A stretch of 64,000 nucleotides of DNA from Actinomycetota bacterium (GTDB lineage: Bacteria > Actinomycetota > Coriobacteriia > Anaerosomatales > JAUXNU01). Shown piece after piece: positions 18,396 through 27,857 of the stretch. Positions within the stretch are counted from its first letter, which is position 1; every line of letters starts with the position of its first letter. Both the position numbers and the translations under genes were made by a program. The notes beneath the pieces are model-generated. The model ran no database searches and was not told the origin of the DNA. It saw only the letters and a program-made list of their open reading frames with translations. The stretch lies in the NCBI GenBank assembly GCA_030682655.1, contig JAUXNU010000144.1, positions 27,991-91,990 of the forward strand, read 5' to 3'.

Positions 18396-21395
18396 ATGGC
18401 GCGTGCCAACGTGGCGGCATGGGAAGAGCTCGACAACATCGACTACTTCCTCGAACACCTCGCCCGGGCGGTGGAGCGCGGCGATGTTGCGCGCGAGTCC
18501 TACGACCGGCTCGCGCCCCGGTACCTTCAGCGTCGCCAGGACCTGGTCGAGATCATCCAGGGGCCAACCACGCAAGTGGCGGAGGAGCCGCCGGCCGCGC
18601 AGCCCGCATACGTGCGGGGTCAGCCTGCGGTGGAACCTGCCACGCAGCCGCCGCCGCGTACAACCGCCGCGCCGCACCCGTGGGACGCAAGGCCCACGAT
18701 GCCCGCGGCAAGTTCTCGCGAACCTCTCAAGTGGACCACGGTACTCACGTTCACGGGCGCATTCCTCGTCATCATCGCAGCGGCGATCTTCGCGGTCGCG
18801 ACCTGGGACCTGTACTCTGTCGTCTTCAAGCTGGTGTTCCTTGGCCTCCTGACAGCGGGCTTCTACGTCGCGGGCTCGCTCGTGCGGGAGCGGCTCGACC
18901 TGACCGGTGGAGGCATCGCGCTCACGGTCGTGGCCTCGGCCATGCTGCTGTTCGACGGCTGGATCGCCATCGATGGCTACAACATGCAGGGTGCGTGGCC
19001 GTGGGTCGGGTGGCTGCTCGTTTGCACGCTCGCGTACTGGTACACAGAGACCCGCATCGCCGGCAGCTTCTTCGGCGTGCTCGGCGCGACCGCGCAGATC
19101 GCATGGTGGTGGCTGCTCGGGCAAGGGCTCGGGTGGCAGGCTTCACCGCGGTTGGCGGGACTCGCGGTAGTGGCCCTGCTGTGGGCCGTCGCCTCGAGAC
19201 TCGCGTACGACCGCAAACCCGTTGCGTCGCTGGCCACCGTGCTGCAATGGGCGTCACCGGTGCTGTTCGTGGGCGTGACGGTCGGGCTAGTGCTGGACTT
19301 CGCTCTTGGGGATGTCGGCTGGGTGCAGATAATCAGCGCTGTCGTCGCGGCTGCCGCGTCCACCATCGGAATCGACATGCTCAGGCTGCCCCGGGGACTC
19401 GGTTCACCGTTGCAGCTGGTGGTGTTCGTGGCCGTGCTCGGCGCCGCGATGCCGGGCGCCGAGGTCGGCCATGCCGTCGTGATGTTCGTCGCTGCCGTCG
19501 CATGGCTCGTCCACGAGGCGTATCGCGGAGGCTGGGGCTACGGCGCATTGGCGCTGCTCGCCGAAGCGTTCGGCTGGCTCCTGCTGGCGAGCCGTTTTGA
19601 GTGGGCGGCCGACGTCACGGTAGCGGTCCTCGGTCTCGTGGCGGTCTCTTGGGTGCTTGCCGGCGTCGTCATCCGCCGCCGGGCCCCGGCCAAGGAGCCC
19701 GGTGCGCTCGCGGGTGCTGAATCGCTGGAAGTCATCGCGACTGCCGGCGGCTGGCTGCTTCTCGCTGCAAGCTCGCTAGCGATGCCGTTCTCGCGCGAGG
19801 TCCTTCCTCTGGCAGCCGTTGACGTCGCCGCCCGGGATGTCGCCCTCCCAGGATTGATCTGTGCGCTGTGGTTCTCCGCCGCATTCCTCCGCCGACGTGA
19901 ACCGGAGGGCATTCTCGCCACCGGTGTCGGTGTCGCCGCGTCGTTCTACCTGCTAGCGGCCGTATGCGCCTGGGTCGTACCCGATTGGCACAGCGCGCTG
20001 TACGCATCCGCCCTACTCGGTCTTGCCGCCGCCTGGCTGGCCTTGCGCGTGGTGACCGAGCGCTTCCTCGGCATGCCAAAGACGGTGTTCGGCGTGGCCC
20101 TGCGGGTCGCCACACTTGTGATCGTGTTTGCGGGCGTGATGGCTTCGGAGGTCTTCTTCGATGCTCGTGCGTGGCAGGTGGCCTTGTTGCTGGGTCTCGC
20201 CGGATTGATCTGGCTCGCCGACGCACTGACCTCCGAGGAACGCCCGGGTCTCATCGTCTCGGCGGCGTTGTTCGTTGCGTGCGCTACGGTTGCCGGATGG
20301 TGGCACTGGGACGCAGAGGCCGCGGGCATCGCAGGTGCCTCGACGGGCGCGGTCCTTGCGGCCGGTGGGTTGGCCGCGCGTTCGCGACGTGGCTGGAGGG
20401 ACGCGTGGCCCTGGGGCGCGGCGCTTGCGGCCTTGGCGGCTGCGGCCTTCGCTGTCGGCGATGTCGGCTCGCTCGCTGCTGCTCTGGCACTCGCCGCGCT
20501 GGCGTGGGCGTTCGCATCATTGGCAACACCGATTCCCGAGGGGGCCTTCGGCGCTGCGATCCTTGGCTCACTTGCGCTGCTCTCCACCCTCGCGCACATC
20601 GACGGAGCTCCGTGGATCACCGTCGTCGCGCTTTCCTCGGCGTCCGCGACACTGCTGGTGCCGTCGGCGTTGCTGCGCGATGGCAAGCCGAGGCGGACGG
20701 CACGCGCCCTCGCGGTCGCGGGGCTTGCGCTCGCCCTCGTGCACGTGCTCGTAGGCCTTGCGTCGAAAGCGGGGGGTGCGACCGGTTGGGCCGACATCGG
20801 CGAGCAGGGGCTCGCGGCCGCGCTGTGCGTGCTCGGCGGCTACGTGACCGTCGGCTCGATGCTGCACGATCTGGAGCCCGGCATCTACGCGGGACCGGTC
20901 GCGGTCATCGCCGCCTACTGGGTCGAGCTCGGGGCCTTCGACCTGGATACGCTCGAGCTGTACACCACCGTGCCTGCCGTCTACGTTGCCGTCGCCGGCT
21001 ACTGGTGGGCATCCAGGGATATCGGCCGGTCCGTTCCGGTGCTCACGGACATGATCTCGCCGGCGATCGGACTGATTCCGCCGTTACTGGCTGCGCTCGG
21101 GCCGACGACGCCACAGGATGCCGCCCGTCACGCGCTGTGGGTTGTCGCGCTGTCGCTCGCGTGGATCGGTGCAGGCGTGGGGCTCAGGGTGCGGGCGTAC
21201 TTCCTGGGCGGTGTCGGTGCGTTGCTCTTCATCGCGTTCTGGCGTACGTGGGTCTACCTTATGAGCTTCTGGTGGCTCCTCCTTGGCATCATCGGTATCG
21301 CGATGCTTGTGGTTGCGCTGACGTGGGAGCGCCAGCAGATGATCGTGCGGACGACGTCCCGACGTGTCCAAGACGCGCTGTCGGACTGGCGATAG
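18396..21395 (+). CDS. very large polytopic membrane protein (about 999 aa), function unknown, possibly DUF2339-like
   Basis: A soluble helical N-terminus (about 60 aa) and a Pro/Ala-rich linker are followed by more than 20 predicted Ala/Leu/Gly/Trp-rich TM helices. ATG 18396 follows GGGGG. Confidence 0.6.
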   Translation: MARANVAAWEELDNIDYFLEHLARAVERGDVARESYDRLAPRYLQRRQDLVEIIQGPTTQVAEEPPAAQPAYVRGQPAVEPATQPPPRTTAAPHPWDARPTMPAASSREPLKWTTVLTFTGAFLVIIAAAIFAVATWDLYSVVFKLVFLGLLTAGFYVAGSLVRERLDLTGGGIALTVVASAMLLFDGWIAIDGYNMQGAWPWVGWLLVCTLAYWYTETRIAGSFFGVLGATAQIAWWWLLGQGLGWQASPRLAGLAVVALLWAVASRLAYDRKPVASLATVLQWASPVLFVGVTVGLVLDFALGDVGWVQIISAVVAAAASTIGIDMLRLPRGLGSPLQLVVFVAVLGAAMPGAEVGHAVVMFVAAVAWLVHEAYRGGWGYGALALLAEAFGWLLLASRFEWAADVTVAVLGLVAVSWVLAGVVIRRRAPAKEPGALAGAESLEVIATAGGWLLLAASSLAMPFSREVLPLAAVDVAARDVALPGLICALWFSAAFLRRREPEGILATGVGVAASFYLLAAVCAWVVPDWHSALYASALLGLAAAWLALRVVTERFLGMPKTVFGVALRVATLVIVFAGVMASEVFFDARAWQVALLLGLAGLIWLADALTSEERPGLIVSAALFVACATVAGWWHWDAEAAGIAGASTGAVLAAGGLAARSRRGWRDAWPWGAALAALAAAAFAVGDVGSLAAALALAALAWAFASLATPIPEGAFGAAILGSLALLSTLAHIDGAPWITVVALSSASATLLVPSALLRDGKPRRTARALAVAGLALALVHVLVGLASKAGGATGWADIGEQGLAAALCVLGGYVTVGSMLHDLEPGIYAGPVAVIAAYWVELGAFDLDTLELYTTVPAVYVAVAGYWWASRDIGRSVPVLTDMISPAIGLIPPLLAALGPTTPQDAARHALWVVALSLAWIGAGVGLRVRAYFLGGVGALLFIAFWRTWVYLMSFWWLLLGIIGIAMLVVALTWERQQMIVRTTSRRVQDALSDWR

Positions 21396-21419
21396 ACTGC
21401 CTGAAACGACGGTCTCCGC

Positions 21420-21428
21420 TGGTATACT
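21420..21428 (+). promoter_or_regulatory. putative extended -10 promoter (TGGTATACT) for the holin-like/rapZ operon
   Basis: TGnTATACT lies 40 nt upstream of ATG 21469, in the only non-coding gap between the large membrane gene and the rapZ cluster. Confidence 0.4.
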
Positions 21429-21468
21429 CGATAGCGCGTGACCGCTCGTCGAGACCCGGGAGGCGTGC

Positions 21469-21834
21469 ATGAAGCTCGTCGTGAGACTGTTGCTGTCCAG
21501 CGCCGCGATCTTCGGCGTCGCGTACTTCTCTGGTGGCTCGCTTCTGCGGGTGGACGGTTGGGTCGCGGCGGCGTGGGCGGCGGTCGCACTCGGTCTCGTG
21601 AATCTCACGGTCAAGCCGGTCGTGCACGTCCTCGCGTTTCCCGCGACGATTCTGACGCTGGGTGTGTTCGCGCTTGTCATCAACGCGTTCATGCTCTACA
21701 TCGTGGCGTGGATCGTTCCGGGTGTTGATACCAGCGGCTTCCTTGCCACCATGGTCGCAGCGCTGGTGATCTCGGTAGCAACGTCTGCACTCACGAAGCT
21801 CGTGGAAAGCGACGACGATCGGCGGTCACGATGA
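21469..21834 (+). CDS. phage-holin-family-IV / YvlD (DUF360)-like 4-TM membrane protein
   Basis: The 121-aa protein has four TM helices and the family-typical core LVNLTVKPVVHVLAFPATILTLGVFALVINAFMLYIVAWIVPG. The RBS is GGGAGG. Confidence 0.7.
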   Translation: MKLVVRLLLSSAAIFGVAYFSGGSLLRVDGWVAAAWAAVALGLVNLTVKPVVHVLAFPATILTLGVFALVINAFMLYIVAWIVPGVDTSGFLATMVAALVISVATSALTKLVESDDDRRSR

Positions 21835-22760
21835 CGGACACGTCCCCACAAAGCCCTGCCGAGGAGACCCCTCACCCTTCCGGCCCCGAACTCGTCGTGA
21901 TCACGGGGATGTCAGGGGCGGGGCGAAGCGAGGCCATTCACACATTCGAGGACATCGGCTTCTTCTGCATCGATAACCTGCCGCCGTCCTTCTTCGGCCA
22001 GCTCGTGAACCTGACCGCTCTGCCCGGAAGCCGCATTCGCCGCATAGCTGTCGTCTGCGACTTGCGTGCGAAGTCGTTCTTTGACGAACTTGCGGGTGAG
22101 CTGGGGCGCCTGGAGGAAGGCGGTGTGCCGTTCCACCTGCTGTTCCTCGAGGCTGACGATGACGTGCTCGTACGCCGGTTCAGCGAGACGCGCCGCCGCC
22201 ACCCGCTCTGCGAGGACGAGGGCGGTTCTGTCGCGGACGCGATACGCGCCGAACGTGCCGCCCTCGCGGAAGTCAGGCTTCGCGCGGACCTCATCATCGA
22301 CACGAGCGACCTTGCCCCTCGCGACCTGCGCCGTCAGATCAAAGACCGCCTCTTCCTGGAGAATCTCGCGCCGTCGCTGGCTGTCACGGTCTCCTCGTTC
22401 GGCTTCAAGTACGGCGTCCCGATCGACGCCGACATCGTCATGGACGTCCGCTTCCTGCCGAATCCCTACTACGACCCCGAGCTTCGTCGACTGACCGGGC
22501 TCGACGATCCCGTGCGCGAGTTCGTGCTCGGGCGTGACGAGACCGCGGAGTTCACAGCCAAGTGGTTCGATCTGCTCTCGACGCTTGCCCCCGGCTACGT
22601 GATGGAAGGCAAGACGCACCTCTCGGTGGCCCTGGGATGTACCGGCGGCATGCATCGCAGCGTCGCACTTGCCGAGGAGACCGCCGCGTTCCTTGGCGGA
22701 CTCGGGTTCCGCGTGGCGACCAGCCACCGGGATATCGGCAGGGACCGGGAGCGGAGGTGA
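21831..22760 (+). CDS. rapZ: RNase adapter / nucleotide-binding protein RapZ (YvcJ)
   Basis: It has a Walker A motif (ITGMSGAGRSEA), the segment FGFKYGVP.DAD.V.DVRFLPNPY, and the C-terminal GCTGGMHRSV. Its ATGA overlaps the preceding gene. Confidence 0.9.
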   Translation: MTDTSPQSPAEETPHPSGPELVVITGMSGAGRSEAIHTFEDIGFFCIDNLPPSFFGQLVNLTALPGSRIRRIAVVCDLRAKSFFDELAGELGRLEEGGVPFHLLFLEADDDVLVRRFSETRRRHPLCEDEGGSVADAIRAERAALAEVRLRADLIIDTSDLAPRDLRRQIKDRLFLENLAPSLAVTVSSFGFKYGVPIDADIVMDVRFLPNPYYDPELRRLTGLDDPVREFVLGRDETAEFTAKWFDLLSTLAPGYVMEGKTHLSVALGCTGGMHRSVALAEETAAFLGGLGFRVATSHRDIGRDRERR

Positions 22761-23755
22761 CCGTTGCGAAGGTGACAAGTGCCGTCGCCATCGGCGGAGG
22801 CACGGGTCTGCCGCTCGTCCTACGGTGTCTGGTCGAGCAGGGCTGCGAGACGACCGCCGTCGTGACGATGGCCGATGACGGCGGCTCGACCGGGACTCTC
22901 CGGCGCGAGTTCGGAATGCTGCCGCCGGGCGATGTCCGGAACTGCCTTGTAGCGATGGCCGAAGACGACGGGCTCCTCGGCCAGCTCTTCCAGTATCGAT
23001 TCGAGCGGGGAGAGGGGCTCGAGGGCCACGCGGTTGGGAACTTGATCCTGGCGGCGCTCACCGAGATGTCGGGTGGATTCCCGGCTGCAATCGAGGCGGC
23101 GCAGCGGCTCCTTGGCACGCGTGGCCGTGTCCTGCCGAGCACGCTGGAAGACGTGCTGCTCACTGCGGTCGACGCGCATGGCGAGCCGGTGCGCGGACAG
23201 GCGCGCATAGCGGTCGGGAGGGGACCGATCGCCAACGTGACGAGCGAACCGGCCGACCCCGCAGCGTATCCTCCCGTCCTTGAGGCGGTTGAGCGTGCCG
23301 ACATCATCGTGATCGGACCGGGAAGCCTGTTCACGAGTATCGTGCCGAATTTCCTGGTCTCCGGCCTCGCGGATGCCGTGTGTGCGTCGCGGGCCACGAC
23401 GATTTACGTGTGCAATGTGGCCAACCAGCGGGGAGAGACCGCGGGCATGGATGCCGCAGACCACGTGCGCGCGCTTCTCGAGCATGGGCTTGAGGGTGCG
23501 ATCGACGTCGTGCTCGTGGATGAACCGTGCGAGCAAGATGACCCGGCGGGGTCCGCGCTGGTGTGCGATGATAGTGCGGCCTCGGGGGACGTCGAGCACG
23601 TGCGGGCCGATGTGGCGATCCGCACGCGGATCGAGGACATGGGGCCTACGGTTCGCGTGACCGACCTGGCCGACGCCGAGAACCCGCTGCATCACGAGCG
23701 ATCCAAGCTCTGCCGGGCGCTCAGAGAGGTCATCCAGGATGTCGTTCACGGCTGA
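22757..23755 (+). CDS. yvcK: YvcK/CofD-family gluconeogenesis factor
   Basis: Motifs AIGGGTGLPLVL, DDGGSTG.LR and PGSLFTSI.PN are present. GTG 22757 overlaps the rapZ stop (GTGA). Confidence 0.9.
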   Translation: MTVAKVTSAVAIGGGTGLPLVLRCLVEQGCETTAVVTMADDGGSTGTLRREFGMLPPGDVRNCLVAMAEDDGLLGQLFQYRFERGEGLEGHAVGNLILAALTEMSGGFPAAIEAAQRLLGTRGRVLPSTLEDVLLTAVDAHGEPVRGQARIAVGRGPIANVTSEPADPAAYPPVLEAVERADIIVIGPGSLFTSIVPNFLVSGLADAVCASRATTIYVCNVANQRGETAGMDAADHVRALLEHGLEGAIDVVLVDEPCEQDDPAGSALVCDDSAASGDVEHVRADVAIRTRIEDMGPTVRVTDLADAENPLHHERSKLCRALREVIQDVVHG

Positions 23756-24713
23756 GGTCAAAGAGGAGCTCTCGCGCATCGAGCCGCGTAGACAATGCTG
23801 CCTGAAAGCTGAGCTTGCGGCGCTGGTGCGTATCGAAGGCACGCTGCACATCTCCGGGAAGGAACGCTACCGGCTCGAGATCGCCACCGAGACCGCGCCC
23901 GTCGCCCGCAAGGCGATCAAGCTGCTGCACCGGCTATACGAGCTCAAGACCGAACTCACCGTCCGCCGGTCGGTCCTGCACAAGACGAACAACTACCTCA
24001 TCACGGTGGTCAGCCAGTCGCGGCTTCCTCAGGCGCTCAACGAACTCGGCATCCTGGACGATGGACTGACCCTCACCTACGGCATACTGCCGCGTGTCGT
24101 GCGGCGCGACTGTTGCGCGATCGCGTATCTGCGTGGTGCGTTCCTTGGCGGAGGATTCGTCGCGGACCCGCACGGCGACTTCCATTTCGAGCTCACCGCG
24201 GAGTCCGAGCAGATGGCCGAGGACCTGGCGTCCCTTATGGAACGCTTTGAAATACCGGCCAAACTCACCCGTCGAAGGGGGCTCTTCACCGTCTATCTCA
24301 AGGGTGCGGAGCACATCGTGACGTTCCTCGCACTCGTTGGCGCACATCGCGCTTTGCTCAGGACAGAGGACGTACGGGTCATCAAGTCGATGCGCAATGA
24401 CGTCAACCGGCTCGTGAATGCGGAAACGGCAAACCTGCAGAAAACGGCGGATGCGGCCATAGCGCAGGTTGAGGCGATTGAGTTGCTTGACGACGTGCGA
24501 GGTATCGACAACTTGCCTCCGGCACTGCAAGAATTGGCGCGACTCCGCTTGGAGAATCCGGATGTCAGCCTCCGTGAACTCGGTGAGCTGGCTGACCCTC
24601 CACTCTCGAAGTCGGCGGTATATCATAGGGTTCGTCGCATCGAGCAGCTCGCCTCCGACGCTGAGCAACAGGTGCGTGGTACCGGGAAGAAACAGCGGTC
24701 CGGCAAGCGCTGA
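23739..24713 (+). CDS. whiA: DNA-binding sporulation/cell-division regulator WhiA
   Basis: The sequence MSFTAEVKEEL..CC.KAELAALVR is followed by a LAGLIDADG-like core and a C-terminal HTH (LSKSAVYHRVRRI). It has the conserved position after yvcK. Confidence 0.95.
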   Translation: MSFTAEVKEELSRIEPRRQCCLKAELAALVRIEGTLHISGKERYRLEIATETAPVARKAIKLLHRLYELKTELTVRRSVLHKTNNYLITVVSQSRLPQALNELGILDDGLTLTYGILPRVVRRDCCAIAYLRGAFLGGGFVADPHGDFHFELTAESEQMAEDLASLMERFEIPAKLTRRRGLFTVYLKGAEHIVTFLALVGAHRALLRTEDVRVIKSMRNDVNRLVNAETANLQKTADAAIAQVEAIELLDDVRGIDNLPPALQELARLRLENPDVSLRELGELADPPLSKSAVYHRVRRIEQLASDAEQQVRGTGKKQRSGKR

Positions 24714-24725
24714 GGGGAAGATGAT

Positions 24726-24741
24726 GCGGCCACAAGGCCGC
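24726..24741 (+). other. short hairpin between whiA and gap
   Basis: GCGGCC-ACAA-GGCCGC forms a 6-bp stem immediately before the gap RBS (GGAGGGAG). Confidence 0.3.
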
Positions 24742-24760
24742 GACGAGGAGGGAGTCACAC

Positions 24761-25765
24761 GTGGCGATCAAGGTTGGTATCAATGGGTTCGGTCGTATCG
24801 GGCGTCTCGTATTCCGCGCAGCCGAGGCAGACCCGGCTCTTGAAGTCGTGGCAGTCAACGACCTGACGGATGCCCGCACGCTGGCGCATCTCCTCAAGTA
24901 CGATTCCGTGCACGGTCGCTTCGGGAACAGCGTGAAGGCCGAGGGTGACGGGTTCACCGTCGACGGACGCTTCGTGAAAGTGCTAGCCGAGCGCGATCCC
25001 GCTGCCTTGCCGTGGGGCGATCTCGGCGTCGACTTTGTGGTCGAGTCCACCGGCATCTTCACCGACGCGACCAAGGCACAGGCGCACCGTGACGCCGGTG
25101 CGAAGAAGGTTCTTATCTCGGCTCCTGCGAGCAACGAGGACATCACTATCGTCCTGGGTGTCAACGATGGGGACTACGATCCCGCCACGCATCACATCGT
25201 GAGCAACGCGTCTTGCACGACGAACTGCCTGGCGCCGTTCGCAAAGGTCCTTCATGACAATTTCGGGCTCAAGCAGGGTTTCATGAACACCATCCACAGC
25301 TACACGAACGACCAAAGCATTCTGGACCTTCCGCACAAGGACCTGCGTCGTGCCCGTGCGGCCGCGATGTCCATCATCCCGACGTCGACGGGTGCCGCGA
25401 AGGCCATCGGGCTCGTCATGCCCGAGATGAAGGGCCGCCTCGACGGCATGTCGATGCGGGTGCCGACCCCGGACGGCTCCGTGGTCGACCTCGTCGCCGA
25501 GCTTGAGACGACGGTGACCAAGGATCAGATCAACGCCGCGATGAAGGCTGCAGCCGAGGGTCCCATGAAGGGCTATCTCGAGTACTGCGAGGACCCGATC
25601 GTATCCGTCGACGTTGTCGGCAACCCGGCCTCGTCCGTCTTCGACTCGATGCAGACGATGGTCATGGGCGGCTCCGGGACTTTCGTGAAGTGCGTTTCCT
25701 GGTACGACAACGAGTGGGGCTACTCGAATCGCGTGATCGACCTTGCCAAACTGATGATGGCCTGA
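24761..25765 (+). CDS. gap: glyceraldehyde-3-phosphate dehydrogenase
   Basis: It has INGFGRIGR, the active site [10 protein letters not shown], and WYDNEWGYS. Confidence 0.97.
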   Translation: MAIKVGINGFGRIGRLVFRAAEADPALEVVAVNDLTDARTLAHLLKYDSVHGRFGNSVKAEGDGFTVDGRFVKVLAERDPAALPWGDLGVDFVVESTGIFTDATKAQAHRDAGAKKVLISAPASNEDITIVLGVNDGDYDPATHHIVSNASCTTNCLAPFAKVLHDNFGLKQGFMNTIHSYTNDQSILDLPHKDLRRARAAAMSIIPTSTGAAKAIGLVMPEMKGRLDGMSMRVPTPDGSVVDLVAELETTVTKDQINAAMKAAAEGPMKGYLEYCEDPIVSVDVVGNPASSVFDSMQTMVMGGSGTFVKCVSWYDNEWGYSNRVIDLAKLMMA

Positions 25766-25784
25766 AGCGCGCAAAGTGATGCCA

Positions 25785-25825
25785 CAACGGGCGTGTGGGG
25801 CTGACCGGGCCCGGCACGCCCGTTG
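25785..25825 (+). other. perfect 11-bp stem-loop in the gap-pgk intergenic region
   Basis: CAACGGGCGTG (25785-25795) pairs with CACGCCCGTTG (25815-25825). The 19-nt loop contains the palindrome CCGGGCCCGG. Confidence 0.45.
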
Positions 25826-25856
25826 TTGACACCACCTCGTCGATCGGAGGGATGCG

Positions 25857-27044
25857 ATGTTCGAGAAGAAGACCGTCCGCGATGCCGATGTCCGCGGAAA
25901 GCATGTGCTCGTTCGGGTCGACTTCAACGTGCCGCTGAAAGAGGGCACCGTTATCGACGACACCCGTGTCCGCGCCGCCTTGCCGACGCTGCGCTATCTC
26001 GTCGACCGTGGAGCGCGCCCCATCATCGTCAGCCACCTCGGGCGTCCGAAGGGCGAGCCCGATCCGCAGTACTCGCTGCGTCCCGTCCGCAGGGTCTTGG
26101 CCCGACTCCTCGGCAGGAACGTTCACTTCATCGACCAGACCGTCGGTCCCGATGTGACGGAGGCTGTCGGGCGGATGGTCGACGGCGAACTCATCATGCT
26201 CGAGAACCTCCGCTTCAACCCGGGCGAGAAGACCAACGACCCCGGGTTCTCGAAGCAACTGGCTGATCTCGCGGACGTCTACGTCGATGACGCGTTCGGA
26301 GCGTGCCATCGCGCTCACGCCTCGACCGTGGGCGTGACGGAGTTTCTGCCCGCCTACGCGGGCATGTTGCTCGCGCGTGAGGTCGAGATGCTCACCGAGA
26401 TGCTCACGCATCCGGACCGCCCGTTCGTGGCGATCCTTGGCGGATCCAAGGTGTCGGACAAGTTCGGGGTCATCGACCGGCTTCTGGAATGCGTGGACAC
26501 TCTCATCGTCGGCGGCGGAATGTGCTTCACTCTCCTCGTCGCCGAGGGTCTTGAGGTCGGCACGTCGATCGTCGAAGACGAGTGGATCGAACCAGCCAAG
26601 GAGATGCTTACCAAGGCGAGCGAGCGCGGCGTAGACCTGCTTCTGCCGGTTGATTTCGTCATTGCCGATCAGATCGTCGAGGATGCCGAGACGAAGGTTG
26701 TCGGTAGGGAGGAGATTCCCGCCGGTATGATGGGTCTAGACATCGGGCCAACCTCGGTCGAGCTCTTCAAGGGGGCGATCTCGTCGGCCAAGACCGTCTT
26801 CTGGAACGGGCCGATGGGGGTGTTCGAGATGACACCGTTCGAGCAGGGCACGAAAGAGGTGGCTACCGCAGTTGCCCGCAACAACAGAGCGGCTTCTGTC
26901 GTAGGAGGAGGCGACTCGGTGGCCGCACTCAAGAAGTTCGGGCTAGAGGAGCGGGTGACCTTCGTCTCGACGGGCGGAGGCGCCTCCATGAAGTTGCTCG
27001 AGGGTTCTGAGCTGCCGGGTCTGGAGGCTCTGCTCGACCGGTAG
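25857..27044 (+). CDS. pgk: phosphoglycerate kinase
   Basis: Motifs RVDFNVP, SHLGRPKG, GGGMCFT and STGGGASMKLLEG are present. Confidence 0.97.
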   Translation: MFEKKTVRDADVRGKHVLVRVDFNVPLKEGTVIDDTRVRAALPTLRYLVDRGARPIIVSHLGRPKGEPDPQYSLRPVRRVLARLLGRNVHFIDQTVGPDVTEAVGRMVDGELIMLENLRFNPGEKTNDPGFSKQLADLADVYVDDAFGACHRAHASTVGVTEFLPAYAGMLLAREVEMLTEMLTHPDRPFVAILGGSKVSDKFGVIDRLLECVDTLIVGGGMCFTLLVAEGLEVGTSIVEDEWIEPAKEMLTKASERGVDLLLPVDFVIADQIVEDAETKVVGREEIPAGMMGLDIGPTSVELFKGAISSAKTVFWNGPMGVFEMTPFEQGTKEVATAVARNNRAASVVGGGDSVAALKKFGLEERVTFVSTGGGASMKLLEGSELPGLEALLDR

Positions 27045-27084
27045 AGGTTCCGCGACAGTCGGACAGGAAGGGAAGGTGCGACTC

Positions 27085-27852
27085 ATGGCACGCCGACCGA
27101 TGATCGCCGGCAACTGGAAGATGTACAAGACCTCGGGCGAGGGCGCGATTCTGGTGCAACAGCTCGAAGAGCGCACGTCCGGCATGTGGGATCGCGTGGA
27201 CATCGTGGTCTGCCCGCCATTCACCGCTCTCAAGAGCATCTCGACAGTGATCGAGCTCGACCGTCTATCGTTCGGTCTGGGGGCGCAGAACGTCCACTGG
27301 GAAAACGAAGGCGCGTTTACGGGCGAGGTGTCCCCCCGGATGCTTGTCGAGTTGCGATGCGACTACGTCATCGTGGGTCACTCCGAACGGCGCGAGATGT
27401 TCGGCGAGACCGACGAGACGGTGAACAGGAAGGTGAAGGCGGTATTCGCGGCTGACATGGTGCCGATCATGTGTGTTGGGGAGGCTCTCGGCACTCGTGA
27501 GGCGGGTGACACCGACACGCACATACGCAGCCAGGTTCGCGCAGGGCTCGGGGGGCTCACGCAGGCGCAAGCGGAGAAGGTCGTGATCGCGTACGAGCCG
27601 ATCTGGGCGATAGGCACGGGTCGCACGCCTACCCCGGAGGCAGCCAACGATGTCGCCCGCTCGATACGGGCTACGGTAGGGGCGCTGTTCGCTCCTCCGG
27701 CGGCGATGGCCCTTCGTGTTCTGTACGGCGGGTCGGTCAAGGCCGAGAACGCGGTGATGTTCCTGGCCGAGCCCGACATCGATGGTGCGCTCGTTGGCGG
27801 GGCTGCGCTCGACGCGGAGTCTTTCGCGGGTATCGTCCGCGCCGCGCTCTGA
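27085..27852 (+). CDS. tpiA: triosephosphate isomerase
   Basis: Motifs IAGNWKMY, VGHSERR, AYEPIWAIGTG and YGGSV are present. ATG 27085 lies 9 nt after GGAAGGGAAGG. Confidence 0.95.
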   Translation: MARRPMIAGNWKMYKTSGEGAILVQQLEERTSGMWDRVDIVVCPPFTALKSISTVIELDRLSFGLGAQNVHWENEGAFTGEVSPRMLVELRCDYVIVGHSERREMFGETDETVNRKVKAVFAADMVPIMCVGEALGTREAGDTDTHIRSQVRAGLGGLTQAQAEKVVIAYEPIWAIGTGRTPTPEAANDVARSIRATVGALFAPPAAMALRVLYGGSVKAENAVMFLAEPDIDGALVGGAALDAESFAGIVRAAL

Positions 27853-27857
27853 TCGCG

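Noticed and set aside
21469-21834. A holin-family gene could be part of a phage lysis cassette.
   Set aside because: - No endolysin, spanin or other phage genes are adjacent.
- The gene overlaps rapZ (ATGA). The family (DUF360/YvlD) is widespread as a chromosomal membrane protein.
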